DNA from: Candidatus Tayloriibacteriota bacterium
GTDB lineage: Bacteria; Patescibacteriota; Minisyncoccia; Phycocordibacterales; CAIRYW01
Reading direction: 5' to 3'
NCBI GenBank assembly: GCA_029288615.1
Contig: JARIGV010000002.1
Coordinates: 1-54,899 of the forward strand
DNA: 54,899 nucleotides
The notes beneath the pieces are model-generated. The model did not search any database and was not told the origin of the DNA. It saw nothing but the letters and a program-made list of their open reading frames with translations. Within the stretch, counting starts at the first letter, position 1. Each line of letters starts with the position of its first letter. The position numbers and the translations under genes were made by a program. Shown here piece after piece: positions 14,626-23,644 of the stretch.

Positions 14626-16317
14626 CTATTTCACGTACTCCGGCTCATTATCCCTTGCCCATGTGAGTACTTGTCCCATTGTTTGCATAGCACTCACTGT
14701 ATAATGCGGCGGACCTTTTTCAAGAACTATCACGAACACGTATTTTGGATTCTGGTACGGGATAAATCCTTCTACCCACGAGTTTACGTATTCATTGTTT
14801 ACACCAAGCTGCGCTGTTCCCGTCTTCGCGGCAGCTTCTAGACCTGGTACATTGAGCGCGATTGCTGTCGCTCCTGTTACCGCAAGTCGCATTCCTTCTT
14901 TTACAGGAGTGTAGTCAGTAGAATTTACACCGAGCGAAGAAGTTTCCCCTTGCTCTCCTTTTACAGCTGTCGGCGATACAACCGTTCCTTCATTTGCAAT
15001 CCCCGTCACCGCTCGGGCGAGCTGAAGTGGTGTCGCCTGAAAACCATATTGTCCGATTGTTGTGTGATATGTGTCTCCCACTCTCCATTCACCGTCAGCA
15101 AAATTTTCTTTTTTCCATTCTGGAGTCGGAATTGTACCCGCCGGACCACTGAAGAATCCATCAGTCGATGTTGAGAAAAGAAACTTCTTTAGATATTCAT
15201 CGATCTTTGAAATACCAAGGCCCTTCTGTCCCTGAAAACCTCCTCCCACTTCATAAAAATATACGTCAGACGAAACAGCAATCGCATGTCTCATGTCGAC
15301 ATATCCTTGAGGACGCCAGTCTTTGAAAATTGAAGGATGTGCCGGATCATACGGGTTTGGCAAAGAGATTGATCCTGTACTTAAAATTGTTTTCATAGGA
15401 TCGATCAAACCTTCATTGAGAACTCCCACAGCAATGAATGGCTTTATCGTCGAACCAGGAGCATAGAGTCCGTCAGAATAACGATCAAGAAAAGGTTTTC
15501 GAGAACTCTGAAGGAAATTTTTTATCGCGGCTGTATCTTTTCCGTCTGTCATTGTTTGTGAATCGTATTCAGGATATGTCACAGCCGCCAATACCTCACC
15601 GGTTTTTGCATCCATAAATACTCCTGCTCCACCAGCATAGTGTGAGCTTTCTACAGCATTTGCAACACGGTCATACATTTCATGTTGAAGTCCAGCATCG
15701 ATAGAAAGTGCGAGTGAATTACCATTCTCCGGTCGGTCGATCGTGCTTTCAGAAAGCACATTTCCTTTTACATCAACCTCAGTGAGTTTGCTTCCGTTGT
15801 GTCCAGCCAAAGTAGAATCAAAATATTTTTCTGCTCCCGCTTGTCCACTGAGTGCTGTCGTATAAAAATTTCCCGAACTATCTTTCTGCGGATATTTCAC
15901 ATACCCCAAGATATTTGAAAATCCAGTTTCATCAATATATTTTCTTGAAGCGAACGGCGTTGTGCTTCCGACCTCATTCCACGCAAGAGGTTTTCCATTC
16001 CTATCTGTGATCATTCCACGATCTGCAAATACAAGATCTTTGCGGAGTTGGTTATTTGCTGCTTTGTCTGCATATGTCTTACCATCAACAATCTGGAGCG
16101 CGCTCACTTTTGATACAAAAAGAAGAAGAATAACAAGAAAAGCAAAAGCAACAACGTAGAGATTTCTTTTTTTTATCGGCTTTTCAATACGACCCTCAAA
16201 TTGGTCACGATCGTAGTCGGGAAGGTTTCCTGAATCAAGAAAAATCTCGTCAGGGTCGAGCTTGTGTGAGCGTGATTTTAATCTTTTTTTAATATTGCGA
16301 AAGAATTCTGTGATCAT
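14626..16317 (-). CDS. mrdA: Class B penicillin-binding protein 2 (elongasome transpeptidase)
   Basis: N-terminal TM, motifs STIKP, SSD and KTGTA. Located immediately downstream of mreBCD. Confidence 0.85.
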   Translation of the reverse strand: MITEFFRNIKKRLKSRSHKLDPDEIFLDSGNLPDYDRDQFEGRIEKPIKKRNLYVVAFAFLVILLLFVSKVSALQIVDGKTYADKAANNQLRKDLVFADRGMITDRNGKPLAWNEVGSTTPFASRKYIDETGFSNILGYVKYPQKDSSGNFYTTALSGQAGAEKYFDSTLAGHNGSKLTEVDVKGNVLSESTIDRPENGNSLALSIDAGLQHEMYDRVANAVESSHYAGGAGVFMDAKTGEVLAAVTYPEYDSQTMTDGKDTAAIKNFLQSSRKPFLDRYSDGLYAPGSTIKPFIAVGVLNEGLIDPMKTILSTGSISLPNPYDPAHPSIFKDWRPQGYVDMRHAIAVSSDVYFYEVGGGFQGQKGLGISKIDEYLKKFLFSTSTDGFFSGPAGTIPTPEWKKENFADGEWRVGDTYHTTIGQYGFQATPLQLARAVTGIANEGTVVSPTAVKGEQGETSSLGVNSTDYTPVKEGMRLAVTGATAIALNVPGLEAAAKTGTAQLGVNNEYVNSWVEGFIPYQNPKYVFVIVLEKGPPHYTVSAMQTMGQVLTWARDNEPEYVK

Positions 16318-16319
16318 CG

Positions 16320-16568
16320 TTATGTGGCAAAATATGTTTTAACAACACTCGTAACGCCATATAGAATAAAAGAAAGTGCAAGAAATGAAAACCTCGTCCA
16401 TGCTGGGTCGCCTACACTGTAGAGCATATCAAAAAGAAAACCGAAAAATATTATCTCAATATAATCAAAAAGGATGAGGCCTGTTATGAGACAAAGAGCT
16501 GCTGCCCACCACGGAAACACAAAGAGACAAAAAAGTGCGAATACTGAAAGAATGATACGCGTGATCAT
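16320..16568 (-). CDS. mreD: MreD-like small polytopic membrane protein
   Basis: 82 aa, entirely hydrophobic (about 3 TM). The call rests on position between mreC and mrdA and a 4-nt overlap with mreC. No diagnostic motif is present. Confidence 0.45.
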   Translation of the reverse strand: MITRIILSVFALFCLFVFPWWAAALCLITGLILFDYIEIIFFGFLFDMLYSVGDPAWTRFSFLALSFILYGVTSVVKTYFAT

Positions 16569-17341
16569 ATTTTTATTGAAACCTCATCGATTTGAAATGG
16601 GTTTACAGGCAAAGTGAAAAATACTTTTTGAAAAGGGTTTGTTTCATCAGAGGAAACTCCTGAGATAAAACCAAATACTTTTGATGATTCTTCTGGAAGA
16701 AATATTGGATCTCCTTTCGACACACTAACAGCTTTTGGAAGAAGAATAACAAATGAACCTCCACCCTGCCCTTCAGCTTCCGCTTCTATTTTTTCACTAC
16801 CAATTTTTGCTTGAAAAGTCTTTCCGGGAGTTGAGAAAAGTTCTGCACGAGAAATTGCAGAATCCGCCTCAATAACTTCACCAATAACTAGTGATCCATA
16901 AAATATTTTATTTCCGACCGCTACACCATCGTCTGTACCCTTATTTAAAACCAAAGTGTCATAGGGAGAAAATCCTGGATTTTCGATGACATTTGCATCA
17001 AGAGTTTGCTCGACTCTTTTACCAAGAGATGCTTTCAGTGTTGCATTTTCATTTTGAAGTGCAGCTGTGACTCCTTGAGAAGAAAGAGCCTGCTGTATCT
17101 GCATTTTAAGTGCTGCATTTTCTTCACTGAGTGCAGCTTTCGATTCAAAGTATGCAACGAGAGGAATTCGATCGAGAAAATTTCTCATCCCATTTGCCAT
17201 ATAAATAACCGCCCTGCTTGCTCCAGAGAAAAAGAAAATAGAGATAATAAAGCAAATAGCAAAAACAATGAAAGCGGGATGAAGAAAAAAATCATTCTTC
17301 TTTTTTCGCTTTCTAATTGGTGTAAGGTAGGTCATCCTCAT
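16565..17341 (-). CDS. mreC: Rod shape-determining protein MreC
   Basis: N-terminal TM, a coiled coil (ENAALKMQIQQ..NENATLKASL) and a beta-barrel C-terminal region. Downstream of mreB. Confidence 0.8.
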   Translation of the reverse strand: MRMTYLTPIRKRKKKNDFFLHPAFIVFAICFIISIFFFSGASRAVIYMANGMRNFLDRIPLVAYFESKAALSEENAALKMQIQQALSSQGVTAALQNENATLKASLGKRVEQTLDANVIENPGFSPYDTLVLNKGTDDGVAVGNKIFYGSLVIGEVIEADSAISRAELFSTPGKTFQAKIGSEKIEAEAEGQGGGSFVILLPKAVSVSKGDPIFLPEESSKVFGFISGVSSDETNPFQKVFFTLPVNPFQIDEVSIKI

Positions 17342-18365
17342 TCTTTATAAGTGCATCTTCAAAACTTTCTATGTCAGTAAGAATTATACCTGTTCCGCGG
17401 ACGACTGCAGTAAGCGGATCATCGGCAATATGAATCGGAATCTTGAGCGCCTCTTCGAGAAGTTCTCTAAAGCCACGAAGTAGCGCGCCGCCGCCAACAA
17501 GATAAATTCCTCGATACATTATATCTGAAACAACTTCAGGAGGAGTAATTTCAATCACTTCTTTAATTGAATCAATGAGCGTATCGATCGAAAGCCCAAT
17601 CGCCTCACGTACATCAGCATCTGTCACAACCACTTCTCGAGGAAGCCCTGTAATAAGGTCTCGTCCGCGTACAGGCATCTCAAGCGGTGCATCGCCTGGA
17701 GTAAGATTACCGATATTTATTTTTATATCTTCGGCAGTTTTTTCTCCGATAAGAATTTTAAATTCATTACGAAGATAGGACATGATGTCGGAATTTAGTT
17801 TATCTCCTGCGATGCGAATATTTCGCGAATGAACAATTCCACCGAGTGATATCACTGCAACATCTGTTGTTCCTCCACCAATATCCACAACCATATTTCC
17901 TGCCGGCTCGTGAATTGGAAGTCCAATACCAATCGCTGCTGCCATTGGCTCTTCAACGATATAAACTTCTCTAGCCCCTGCGCTTCGTGCCGCATCGCGC
18001 ACCGCTCGTCTTTCAACGTTCGTAATTCCCGATGGCACTCCGACAACAACACGCGGTCCAAGCCACTTCTTTCTTCCCTCTTCTGATTTTCGTGTGAGGT
18101 ATGCGAGCATTTCTTCCGTCACTTCAAAATCTGAAATCACACCATCAACAAGTGGACGCACCGCAACAATATGTCCCGGTGTTCGCCCGAGCATATCCTT
18201 TGCCGCAGCACCAACAGCAACTACTTGTCCTGTCTTTTGATTGACCGCTACAACCGAAGGCTCAGACACCACAACGCCGGCACCAGCAACATGCACAAGA
18301 GTGTTTGCAGTTCCCAAATCTATTCCTATGTCGTTTGATATAAAAGTTTTAAATCTATTCTTCAT
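17313..18365 (-). CDS. mreB: Rod shape-determining actin homolog MreB
   Basis: IGIDLGTANTLV, DIGGGTTDVAV and GGGALLRG motifs. The ATG at 18365 (MKNRFKTF..) is preferred over the TTG at 18386, which would overlap proS. Confidence 0.9.
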   Translation of the reverse strand: MKNRFKTFISNDIGIDLGTANTLVHVAGAGVVVSEPSVVAVNQKTGQVVAVGAAAKDMLGRTPGHIVAVRPLVDGVISDFEVTEEMLAYLTRKSEEGRKKWLGPRVVVGVPSGITNVERRAVRDAARSAGAREVYIVEEPMAAAIGIGLPIHEPAGNMVVDIGGGTTDVAVISLGGIVHSRNIRIAGDKLNSDIMSYLRNEFKILIGEKTAEDIKINIGNLTPGDAPLEMPVRGRDLITGLPREVVVTDADVREAIGLSIDTLIDSIKEVIEITPPEVVSDIMYRGIYLVGGGALLRGFRELLEEALKIPIHIADDPLTAVVRGTGIILTDIESFEDALIKNEDDLPYTN

Positions 18366-18369
18366 GTAT

Positions 18370-19620
18370 TTATGCAAGAGTTTCAATCACTTCATCGATT
18401 CCGATATTTTTTGTCTCTTTCTTTTTTCGATCCTGATATTCAACCGTTCCCGCTTCACGTGTTTTTTTACTCATTACAATGCGGTGTGGAATTCCAATAA
18501 GATCCGCATCAGCAAATTTCTCTCCCGCTCGAAGCTCACGATCATCAAAAAGTACTTCAATTCCCGCTTGCTTTAATTTTTCATACGCCTCTTTTGCATC
18601 TTTTTCTACATCCGCATCACCGTTTGCAATTGAAATGAGATGAACTTTGAAAGGTGATACTTCGTCTGGCCAGACCATTGCATCTTCCTCGCCCAAGACT
18701 TCAACGATCGTACCCATAAGTCGCCCTACGCCAATGCCGTAACAACCCATGATCATAGGGTGCACTTCCCCTTTTTCGTCTGTGTATGTAAGTCCGAGTG
18801 GTTCTGAAAATCGTGTCCCTAGAGTAAAAATATTTCCGACTTCAATTGCTTTTTTCTCAACGAGATTCTTTTTATCGACGCCGAGTGATTCCAAAACATC
18901 ATCGGTAAACACTTCTTTGTTTATTGCGATATTTTTCTTTGCATCAAAGTGAATCGTGTCTTCACCTGCTTCTGTCTCTGTCTGAAATTCATGAGAATAT
19001 TTTGAGAAGACACCTCCTGACGCGAAAGTAAGGTGCGTCTTCTCGCCAATTCCTGCTCGGTTATAAATCTTCACATATGCTTCTTTTGCCTTTTCGTAAA
19101 ATTCATCATGCTCTTTTTGATCCCTTGCGAATGAATAGAGATCTTTCATAAGAAATTCGCGACCACGGAGAATGCCGGATTTTGCTCTCACTTCATTGCG
19201 GAATTTTGTCTGAATTTGAAAGACAGACACCGGAAGATCTTTGTATGAACGAATGTGATCCTTAAGAAGATTTGTAAGAGGCTCTTCGTGTGAAAATCCA
19301 AGCCCGGCCTCGCTGCCATTTTTAAATTCTGTTTTGAACCAGTTGTCGACAACATCATCACTCCATCGCCCTGTCTTTTCCCAAAGTTCTTTGTTTTGAA
19401 GTGCTGCAAGCGATACTTCATTCGCACCAAGTGCATACATTTCTTCGCGAATAATTCCCGAAAGTTTATTCATCACTCGAAGACCTAGAGGAAGATATGA
19501 ATAAACACCCGCCATATCTTTATGAATAAATCCTGCGCGAATGAGAAGCTCAGCATTTTTTGAGACTTCGTCTTTTGGGGCTTCAAAACGTGTTTTTGTG
19601 AAAAGATGTGATTGTTTCAT
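18370..19620 (-). CDS. proS: Proline--tRNA ligase (short form without the INS editing domain)
   Basis: N-terminus MKQSHLFTKT....P.D....S..LL.RAGFI and class II motifs. At 416 aa there is no room for the bacterial insertion domain. Confidence 0.9.
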   Translation of the reverse strand: MKQSHLFTKTRFEAPKDEVSKNAELLIRAGFIHKDMAGVYSYLPLGLRVMNKLSGIIREEMYALGANEVSLAALQNKELWEKTGRWSDDVVDNWFKTEFKNGSEAGLGFSHEEPLTNLLKDHIRSYKDLPVSVFQIQTKFRNEVRAKSGILRGREFLMKDLYSFARDQKEHDEFYEKAKEAYVKIYNRAGIGEKTHLTFASGGVFSKYSHEFQTETEAGEDTIHFDAKKNIAINKEVFTDDVLESLGVDKKNLVEKKAIEVGNIFTLGTRFSEPLGLTYTDEKGEVHPMIMGCYGIGVGRLMGTIVEVLGEEDAMVWPDEVSPFKVHLISIANGDADVEKDAKEAYEKLKQAGIEVLFDDRELRAGEKFADADLIGIPHRIVMSKKTREAGTVEYQDRKKKETKNIGIDEVIETLA

Positions 19621-19694
19621 GTGTCGCTATTCTACTATATTTTAAAAACTGAACCTTGTTGACAAAAAAATACTTGGGTGTTTTTATAATTTAT

Positions 19695-19901
19695 ATGAAT
19701 ATGTACATTATCGTGACACTTTGCATTCTTTTTTGGCTTGGGTGCGGAGGAGCATCTGCGGTGTTTCTGTGGAATCCATATCACAAACACAACGGACACA
19801 AAATCGGCTTCTGGTATTCCTTCTGGAGTATCGTTGCCGGTCCAATTTCAGCAATCCTCTACGGCAGCTGCCAGCTTGAGTTCATGAGGATGGGACCTTA
19901 A
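19695..19901 (+). CDS. Hypothetical small membrane protein
   Basis: ORF 19656..19901. The ATG at 19695 is chosen because a TTGACA box at 19659..19664 lies inside the longer TTG-initiated ORF. Confidence 0.45.
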   Translation: MNMYIIVTLCILFWLGCGGASAVFLWNPYHKHNGHKIGFWYSFWSIVAGPISAILYGSCQLEFMRMGP

Positions 19902-19943
19902 ACGCTTGCTCTTTCTAGAGCAATTTTTATTACATATAAATAT

Positions 19944-19972
19944 TTGACTATTTTTGTATTTTGTTATATAAA
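19944..19972 (+). promoter_or_regulatory. Sigma-70-type promoter TTGACT-17-TATAAA
   Basis: -35 at 19944..19949 and -10 at 19967..19972. The ATG at 19982 lies 9 nt downstream. Confidence 0.5.
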
Positions 19973-19981
19973 TGCGTCAGC

Positions 19982-20167
19982 ATGGACTTACATAACGCCA
20001 CCGATTTTCAGATTCTTCAACAGCTCTGTGCCGAGGTCGGCATCGATCCTGAAAAAATCAAGGAAAACGTCACGCATCCGGTTGTACAAGAACTCATCCG
20101 GCGTCTCAAAGAGAAACCTGAGAACAAAGGTTTCAAGCCCTTCGACTGGCTTCTCGGATTCGCATAA
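19982..20167 (+). CDS. Hypothetical small protein
   Basis: 61 aa (MDLHNATDF..). The terminator TCGCCC-actc-GGGCGA plus T7 at 20173..20197 follows. Confidence 0.45.
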   Translation: MDLHNATDFQILQQLCAEVGIDPEKIKENVTHPVVQELIRRLKEKPENKGFKPFDWLLGFA

Positions 20168-20194
20168 CCCACTCGCCCACTCGGGCGAATTTTT

Positions 20195-20551
20195 TTATGC
20201 AGCCAAATCTTCTGGATAATTTTCAGGATCCACCTTTGATGAATCTTCGAAAAGAAATCCTTTTATTTTCTCAATTTCAGCGTCAGGAATAGTATGCAGA
20301 TCTTCAGCCAAATGAGGGTTGGCAATAATCTCTCGATGGAAAATTTCTCTGAATTTTTTTGAATACTTATCAGTCCACTCTGCTTCTACTTTGCGTTTTG
20401 CATCTATGTCATTCTCTCCTATTGAACGATCTCGAAGCATTTGTTGAATCAAGATGATCTGGAGATCGTTAGTGAGTTTTAAAAACTTCGCTTCATTATC
20501 AACCGTAATATGCTCTTCTGGAAAATCTTTTTCTGGGAGTTCGATAGACAT
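20195..20551 (-). CDS. Hypothetical acidic protein, translationally coupled to rseP
   Basis: The ATG at 20551 lies 1 nt after the rseP TAA stop (20553..20555). 118 aa. Confidence 0.5.
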   Translation of the reverse strand: MSIELPEKDFPEEHITVDNEAKFLKLTNDLQIILIQQMLRDRSIGENDIDAKRKVEAEWTDKYSKKFREIFHREIIANPHLAEDLHTIPDAEIEKIKGFLFEDSSKVDPENYPEDLAA

Positions 20552-20552
20552 A

Positions 20553-21638
20553 TTATTTACCAATTAGTTTTGATATATCCGAGATTGTCAGCACTACCAT
20601 AAGAACCATAAGAATCACGAAACCAATAACATTGAGTGTATTAAGAATTTTTGGCGACACTGCTTTTCTACGAATCGCTTCGATCGCTACAAAAAGAAGA
20701 CGTCCTCCATCGAGAGCTGGAAACGGAATGAGGTTGATGACTGCGAGGTTTACAGAGATAAGTGCAGTGAAAGAAAGAAGATAGCCGAAACCGAATTCAC
20801 GCGCCTGTGAGACGAGAGAGACGATTCCTACGGGTCCTGAAATATCACCGAGGTTTGCCTTAGCAACAAAAGCACTTTTTATAAATGACCAGAGGCTCGC
20901 TGCTGTCGACTCGACTGCATTCACTGTATCTTTTCCTCCTTCCCAAATTGCAGGGAAAAATCCAAGTTTTCGAATTGAGATTTCAAGCATGGTAATGCCG
21001 ACACCATAATCATTTCCTACAACACCTTTTACTGGTGTAACTTTTTCCGTCATTTCCTTGCCTCCGCGAGAAATATTCACAGTAACAGGAGAACCATTGG
21101 AAGCAACAATAAAATCATGCACTGCATCGGGAGTAAGCGGCGCAGCGACTGTTTTTCCTGCACTGTCACTTAAAGAAATAATTTTATCTGCCGCCTGAAG
21201 TCCAGAAACTTTTGCTGGTGAATCTTTTGCAACATCAACTATATAGAGCGATGCATCAGGACCACTCCCCTCACTTGCAACACCAAGCATGAGTGACCCA
21301 GAAAAAAGAATCCATGCAAAAAGAATATTAAAAAGAATACCTCCCGCGAGAACGGCGGCTTGAATATCTCTCCTTTTCTTAGCAAAGCTTCGTGACGCAT
21401 CCGGACCAGCCAAAGATTCCTCATCAGGATTTTCACCGAAGATTTTTACGAAACCGCCGAAAGGAATGAGATTGATTGAATAAACAGTCTCCCCTTTTTT
21501 CCATGAGTAGATTTTTGGCGGAAAGCCGATAGCAAATTCATCAACACGAATGCCAGATTTCTTTGCAATAAGAAAATGACCGAGTTCGTGTACGAACACT
21601 AGTATCGAGATGATAATTATAAATGTAATGACTGACAC
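20553..21638 (-). CDS. rseP: Site-2 (M50) zinc metalloprotease RseP-like
   Basis: HELGHF zinc motif in TM1, a central PDZ-like region and a C-terminal LDGG motif. GTG start. Confidence 0.85.
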   Translation of the reverse strand: MSVITFIIIISILVFVHELGHFLIAKKSGIRVDEFAIGFPPKIYSWKKGETVYSINLIPFGGFVKIFGENPDEESLAGPDASRSFAKKRRDIQAAVLAGGILFNILFAWILFSGSLMLGVASEGSGPDASLYIVDVAKDSPAKVSGLQAADKIISLSDSAGKTVAAPLTPDAVHDFIVASNGSPVTVNISRGGKEMTEKVTPVKGVVGNDYGVGITMLEISIRKLGFFPAIWEGGKDTVNAVESTAASLWSFIKSAFVAKANLGDISGPVGIVSLVSQAREFGFGYLLSFTALISVNLAVINLIPFPALDGGRLLFVAIEAIRRKAVSPKILNTLNVIGFVILMVLMVVLTISDISKLIGK

Positions 21639-21641
21639 GCT

Positions 21642-22190
21642 TTAGCCTGTTATTTCGTCTTCTTTTTTATTGGCGAGAGATTCGAGCTTTTCGTTACCTT
21701 CTTTGACGATCTTTTCCATTTCATTTTTAAATCGCATCATATCGTCTTCTCCCATTTCAGAGTTTTTCTTCTTTGTCTGAAGATCATCGTTTACTTTGTT
21801 TCTCTCTCCACGAATCGCGATCTTTGCATCTTCTACTTTCTGCTTCGCCATTTTCACAAACTGCTGGCGTGTTTCTGATGTGAGTGCTGGAAAGGTAACA
21901 CGCACACCTTTTTCATCTGTCATAACAGATACACCAAGATTTGCTGCAACAATTGCTTTTTCAATTGATTTAATAACAGACTGATCCCAAGGTGCAATGC
22001 GAAGGCTTTGTGGTCCTTCTGAAGCAATACTTGCCACCTGATTGATCGGCATAAGTGAGCCGTATGATTCAACGAGAACTTTATCGAGAATTGTTGGTGT
22101 CGCTCGTCCAGTACGGATTTGTGAAAGCTCACGAGAAAGCCATTCTTCTGTTTCTTTAATGCGGTTTTTGAGATGTGAGAAATCGTACAT
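21642..22190 (-). CDS. frr: Ribosome recycling factor
   Basis: Frr signature (ELSQIRTGRATPTILD, LRIAPWD). The ATG at 22190 gives a 182-aa protein. The upstream part of ORF 21642..22313 is A+T-rich junk. Confidence 0.95.
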   Translation of the reverse strand: MYDFSHLKNRIKETEEWLSRELSQIRTGRATPTILDKVLVESYGSLMPINQVASIASEGPQSLRIAPWDQSVIKSIEKAIVAANLGVSVMTDEKGVRVTFPALTSETRQQFVKMAKQKVEDAKIAIRGERNKVNDDLQTKKKNSEMGEDDMMRFKNEMEKIVKEGNEKLESLANKKEDEITG

Positions 22191-22364
22191 GAAATTAATT
22201 ATTCTTATGTAAGTATAGCGAAATAATAACACAGAACGATTATATTGCGCCAAATACTTCTCAGATGTATAAATCAAACTGAACACTATTGTAATAAACC
22301 ATCCATGGGTCACGTCTTTTTAGCAAGAGACCGACCCTACTCCTTAGAACCCGTTCTTTAAAAC

Positions 22365-22844
22365 ATGAAAAGTGAATTGCTTCCAGTTCAAACAACCCTA
22401 CCACCTCTAGAAGGAAACGCGGAGCTTGAAGCAAAATTTGGCGACAACGAAGCCAATAAACGCTATCTTGCTCGGTTAGCCGATCCCATCTTTACACCTG
22501 AACAAGTTCAGCGACTGTGTATCAGGGCAGTCGAGATTGAGATCGACAACACAAGCGATGGAATGTCGATCGCTGAGCTTATGAGTGTAGCGTGCCACAT
22601 GACGGATATACCCTGCACTCTCATTGCCTGTCCGACAGGAAACCAGATCGCTCGACTGACGGAGAATTTTTTGGGAGAAACGGAATTGCCCTGCATCATT
22701 CCTGTCCGGTGTGGCAAGGAAAGATCCTGCGTTGTGTGGGAAAACAAACCCGGCAATGCAAAAACGCTTCGACTCTGCGCGCCTTCTATTCCCTTTCACG
22801 GCACTGTGTTCGTGATGGTACCCATAGCGTCCGAACACATATAA
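22365..22844 (+). CDS. Hypothetical protein, G+C-rich, Cys-rich C-terminal half
   Basis: 159-aa ORF followed by tandem hairpins. No family recognised. Confidence 0.55.
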   Translation: MKSELLPVQTTLPPLEGNAELEAKFGDNEANKRYLARLADPIFTPEQVQRLCIRAVEIEIDNTSDGMSIAELMSVACHMTDIPCTLIACPTGNQIARLTENFLGETELPCIIPVRCGKERSCVVWENKPGNAKTLRLCAPSIPFHGTVFVMVPIASEHI

Positions 22845-22845
22845 C

Positions 22846-22912
22846 CCTCGAGCCCTCTCCCCCAGGGCTCGAGGAACTTTACACCGAGATCTAGCATCTC
22901 GGTATTTTTTTT
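22846..22912. terminator. Tandem hairpin terminators between convergent genes
   Basis: CCTCGAGCCCT..AGGGCTCGAGG at 22846..22874 and CCGAGAT-ctagc-ATCTCGG at 22884..22902, followed by a T8 run. Confidence 0.6.
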
Positions 22913-23573
22913 ATGAGAGCACTAAAGCAAGATGCTCAAGAAGCATTTTGAGAGATGTAGAACGATCGCCAATATAGGAGAGAACCATAAGCACTTCAGA
23001 AAGTTTCTTTGGATCCTCTTTTTTTGAAATAATTCTTTCTCGAAGTGTGTCGGCAAGATTTTCAAGAAATATTCGGATATCCTCTTTTGAAATTTCTTCT
23101 TTCGAAAGACCATCAGTGATCTTTTTGATATCTTTCATTCTTTTTCCGGGCAGAGCTTTAAGAAAATCTTCAGGAGAAATATCCAAAGAATTTTTATTTT
23201 TTTGTTCAGTTTTAATTATTTCAAATCGAGAGCGGAGAGTTGGAAGAAGGATTCCAGCAGACGGAGCGATGATAAAAAATCGCGATGTTGGATTCGGCTC
23301 CTCAAAAATTTTAAGAAGTGAGTTTTGCGCTTCGTTTGTAGCGCTCGAGAAAGACACAACAAAAAATCTTTTCTCTCCTACTGCCCTGCCGGAATGCATC
23401 TCTTTGAGAGCTCGAGCATCATCAATAGAAAAATTTCCATAATCGAGAATTTGATAATCAGGATTTCCTTTAAGCTCCATGCCAATTTCCTTTTCAAGAA
23501 ATTTCTCCACCTCGGCAAGCACAGCTTCCCTTTCACCTTCTATAAAATATGCGTGATGATCTCCGAATTTCAT
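22911..23573 (-). CDS. holB: DNA polymerase III delta-prime-like clamp-loader subunit (short form)
   Basis: AAA+ sensor region NSLLKIFEEPNPTSRFFII...LLPTLRSRF. No Walker A P-loop is visible. Confidence 0.75.
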   Translation of the reverse strand: MKFGDHHAYFIEGEREAVLAEVEKFLEKEIGMELKGNPDYQILDYGNFSIDDARALKEMHSGRAVGEKRFFVVSFSSATNEAQNSLLKIFEEPNPTSRFFIIAPSAGILLPTLRSRFEIIKTEQKNKNSLDISPEDFLKALPGKRMKDIKKITDGLSKEEISKEDIRIFLENLADTLRERIISKKEDPKKLSEVLMVLSYIGDRSTSLKMLLEHLALVLS

Positions 23574-23609
23574 GGAAAAAGTATCCCAAAATTATGCCTT
23601 CTTATATAC

Positions 23610-23638
23610 TTGACTTTATAATTTAATCATGTTATTAT
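23610..23638 (+). promoter_or_regulatory. Near-consensus sigma-70 promoter TTGACT-17-TATTAT
   Basis: -35 at 23610..23615, exactly a 17-nt spacer, and -10 at 23633..23638. It points into an ORF-free region. Confidence 0.6.
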
Positions 23639-23644
23639 GAAAAC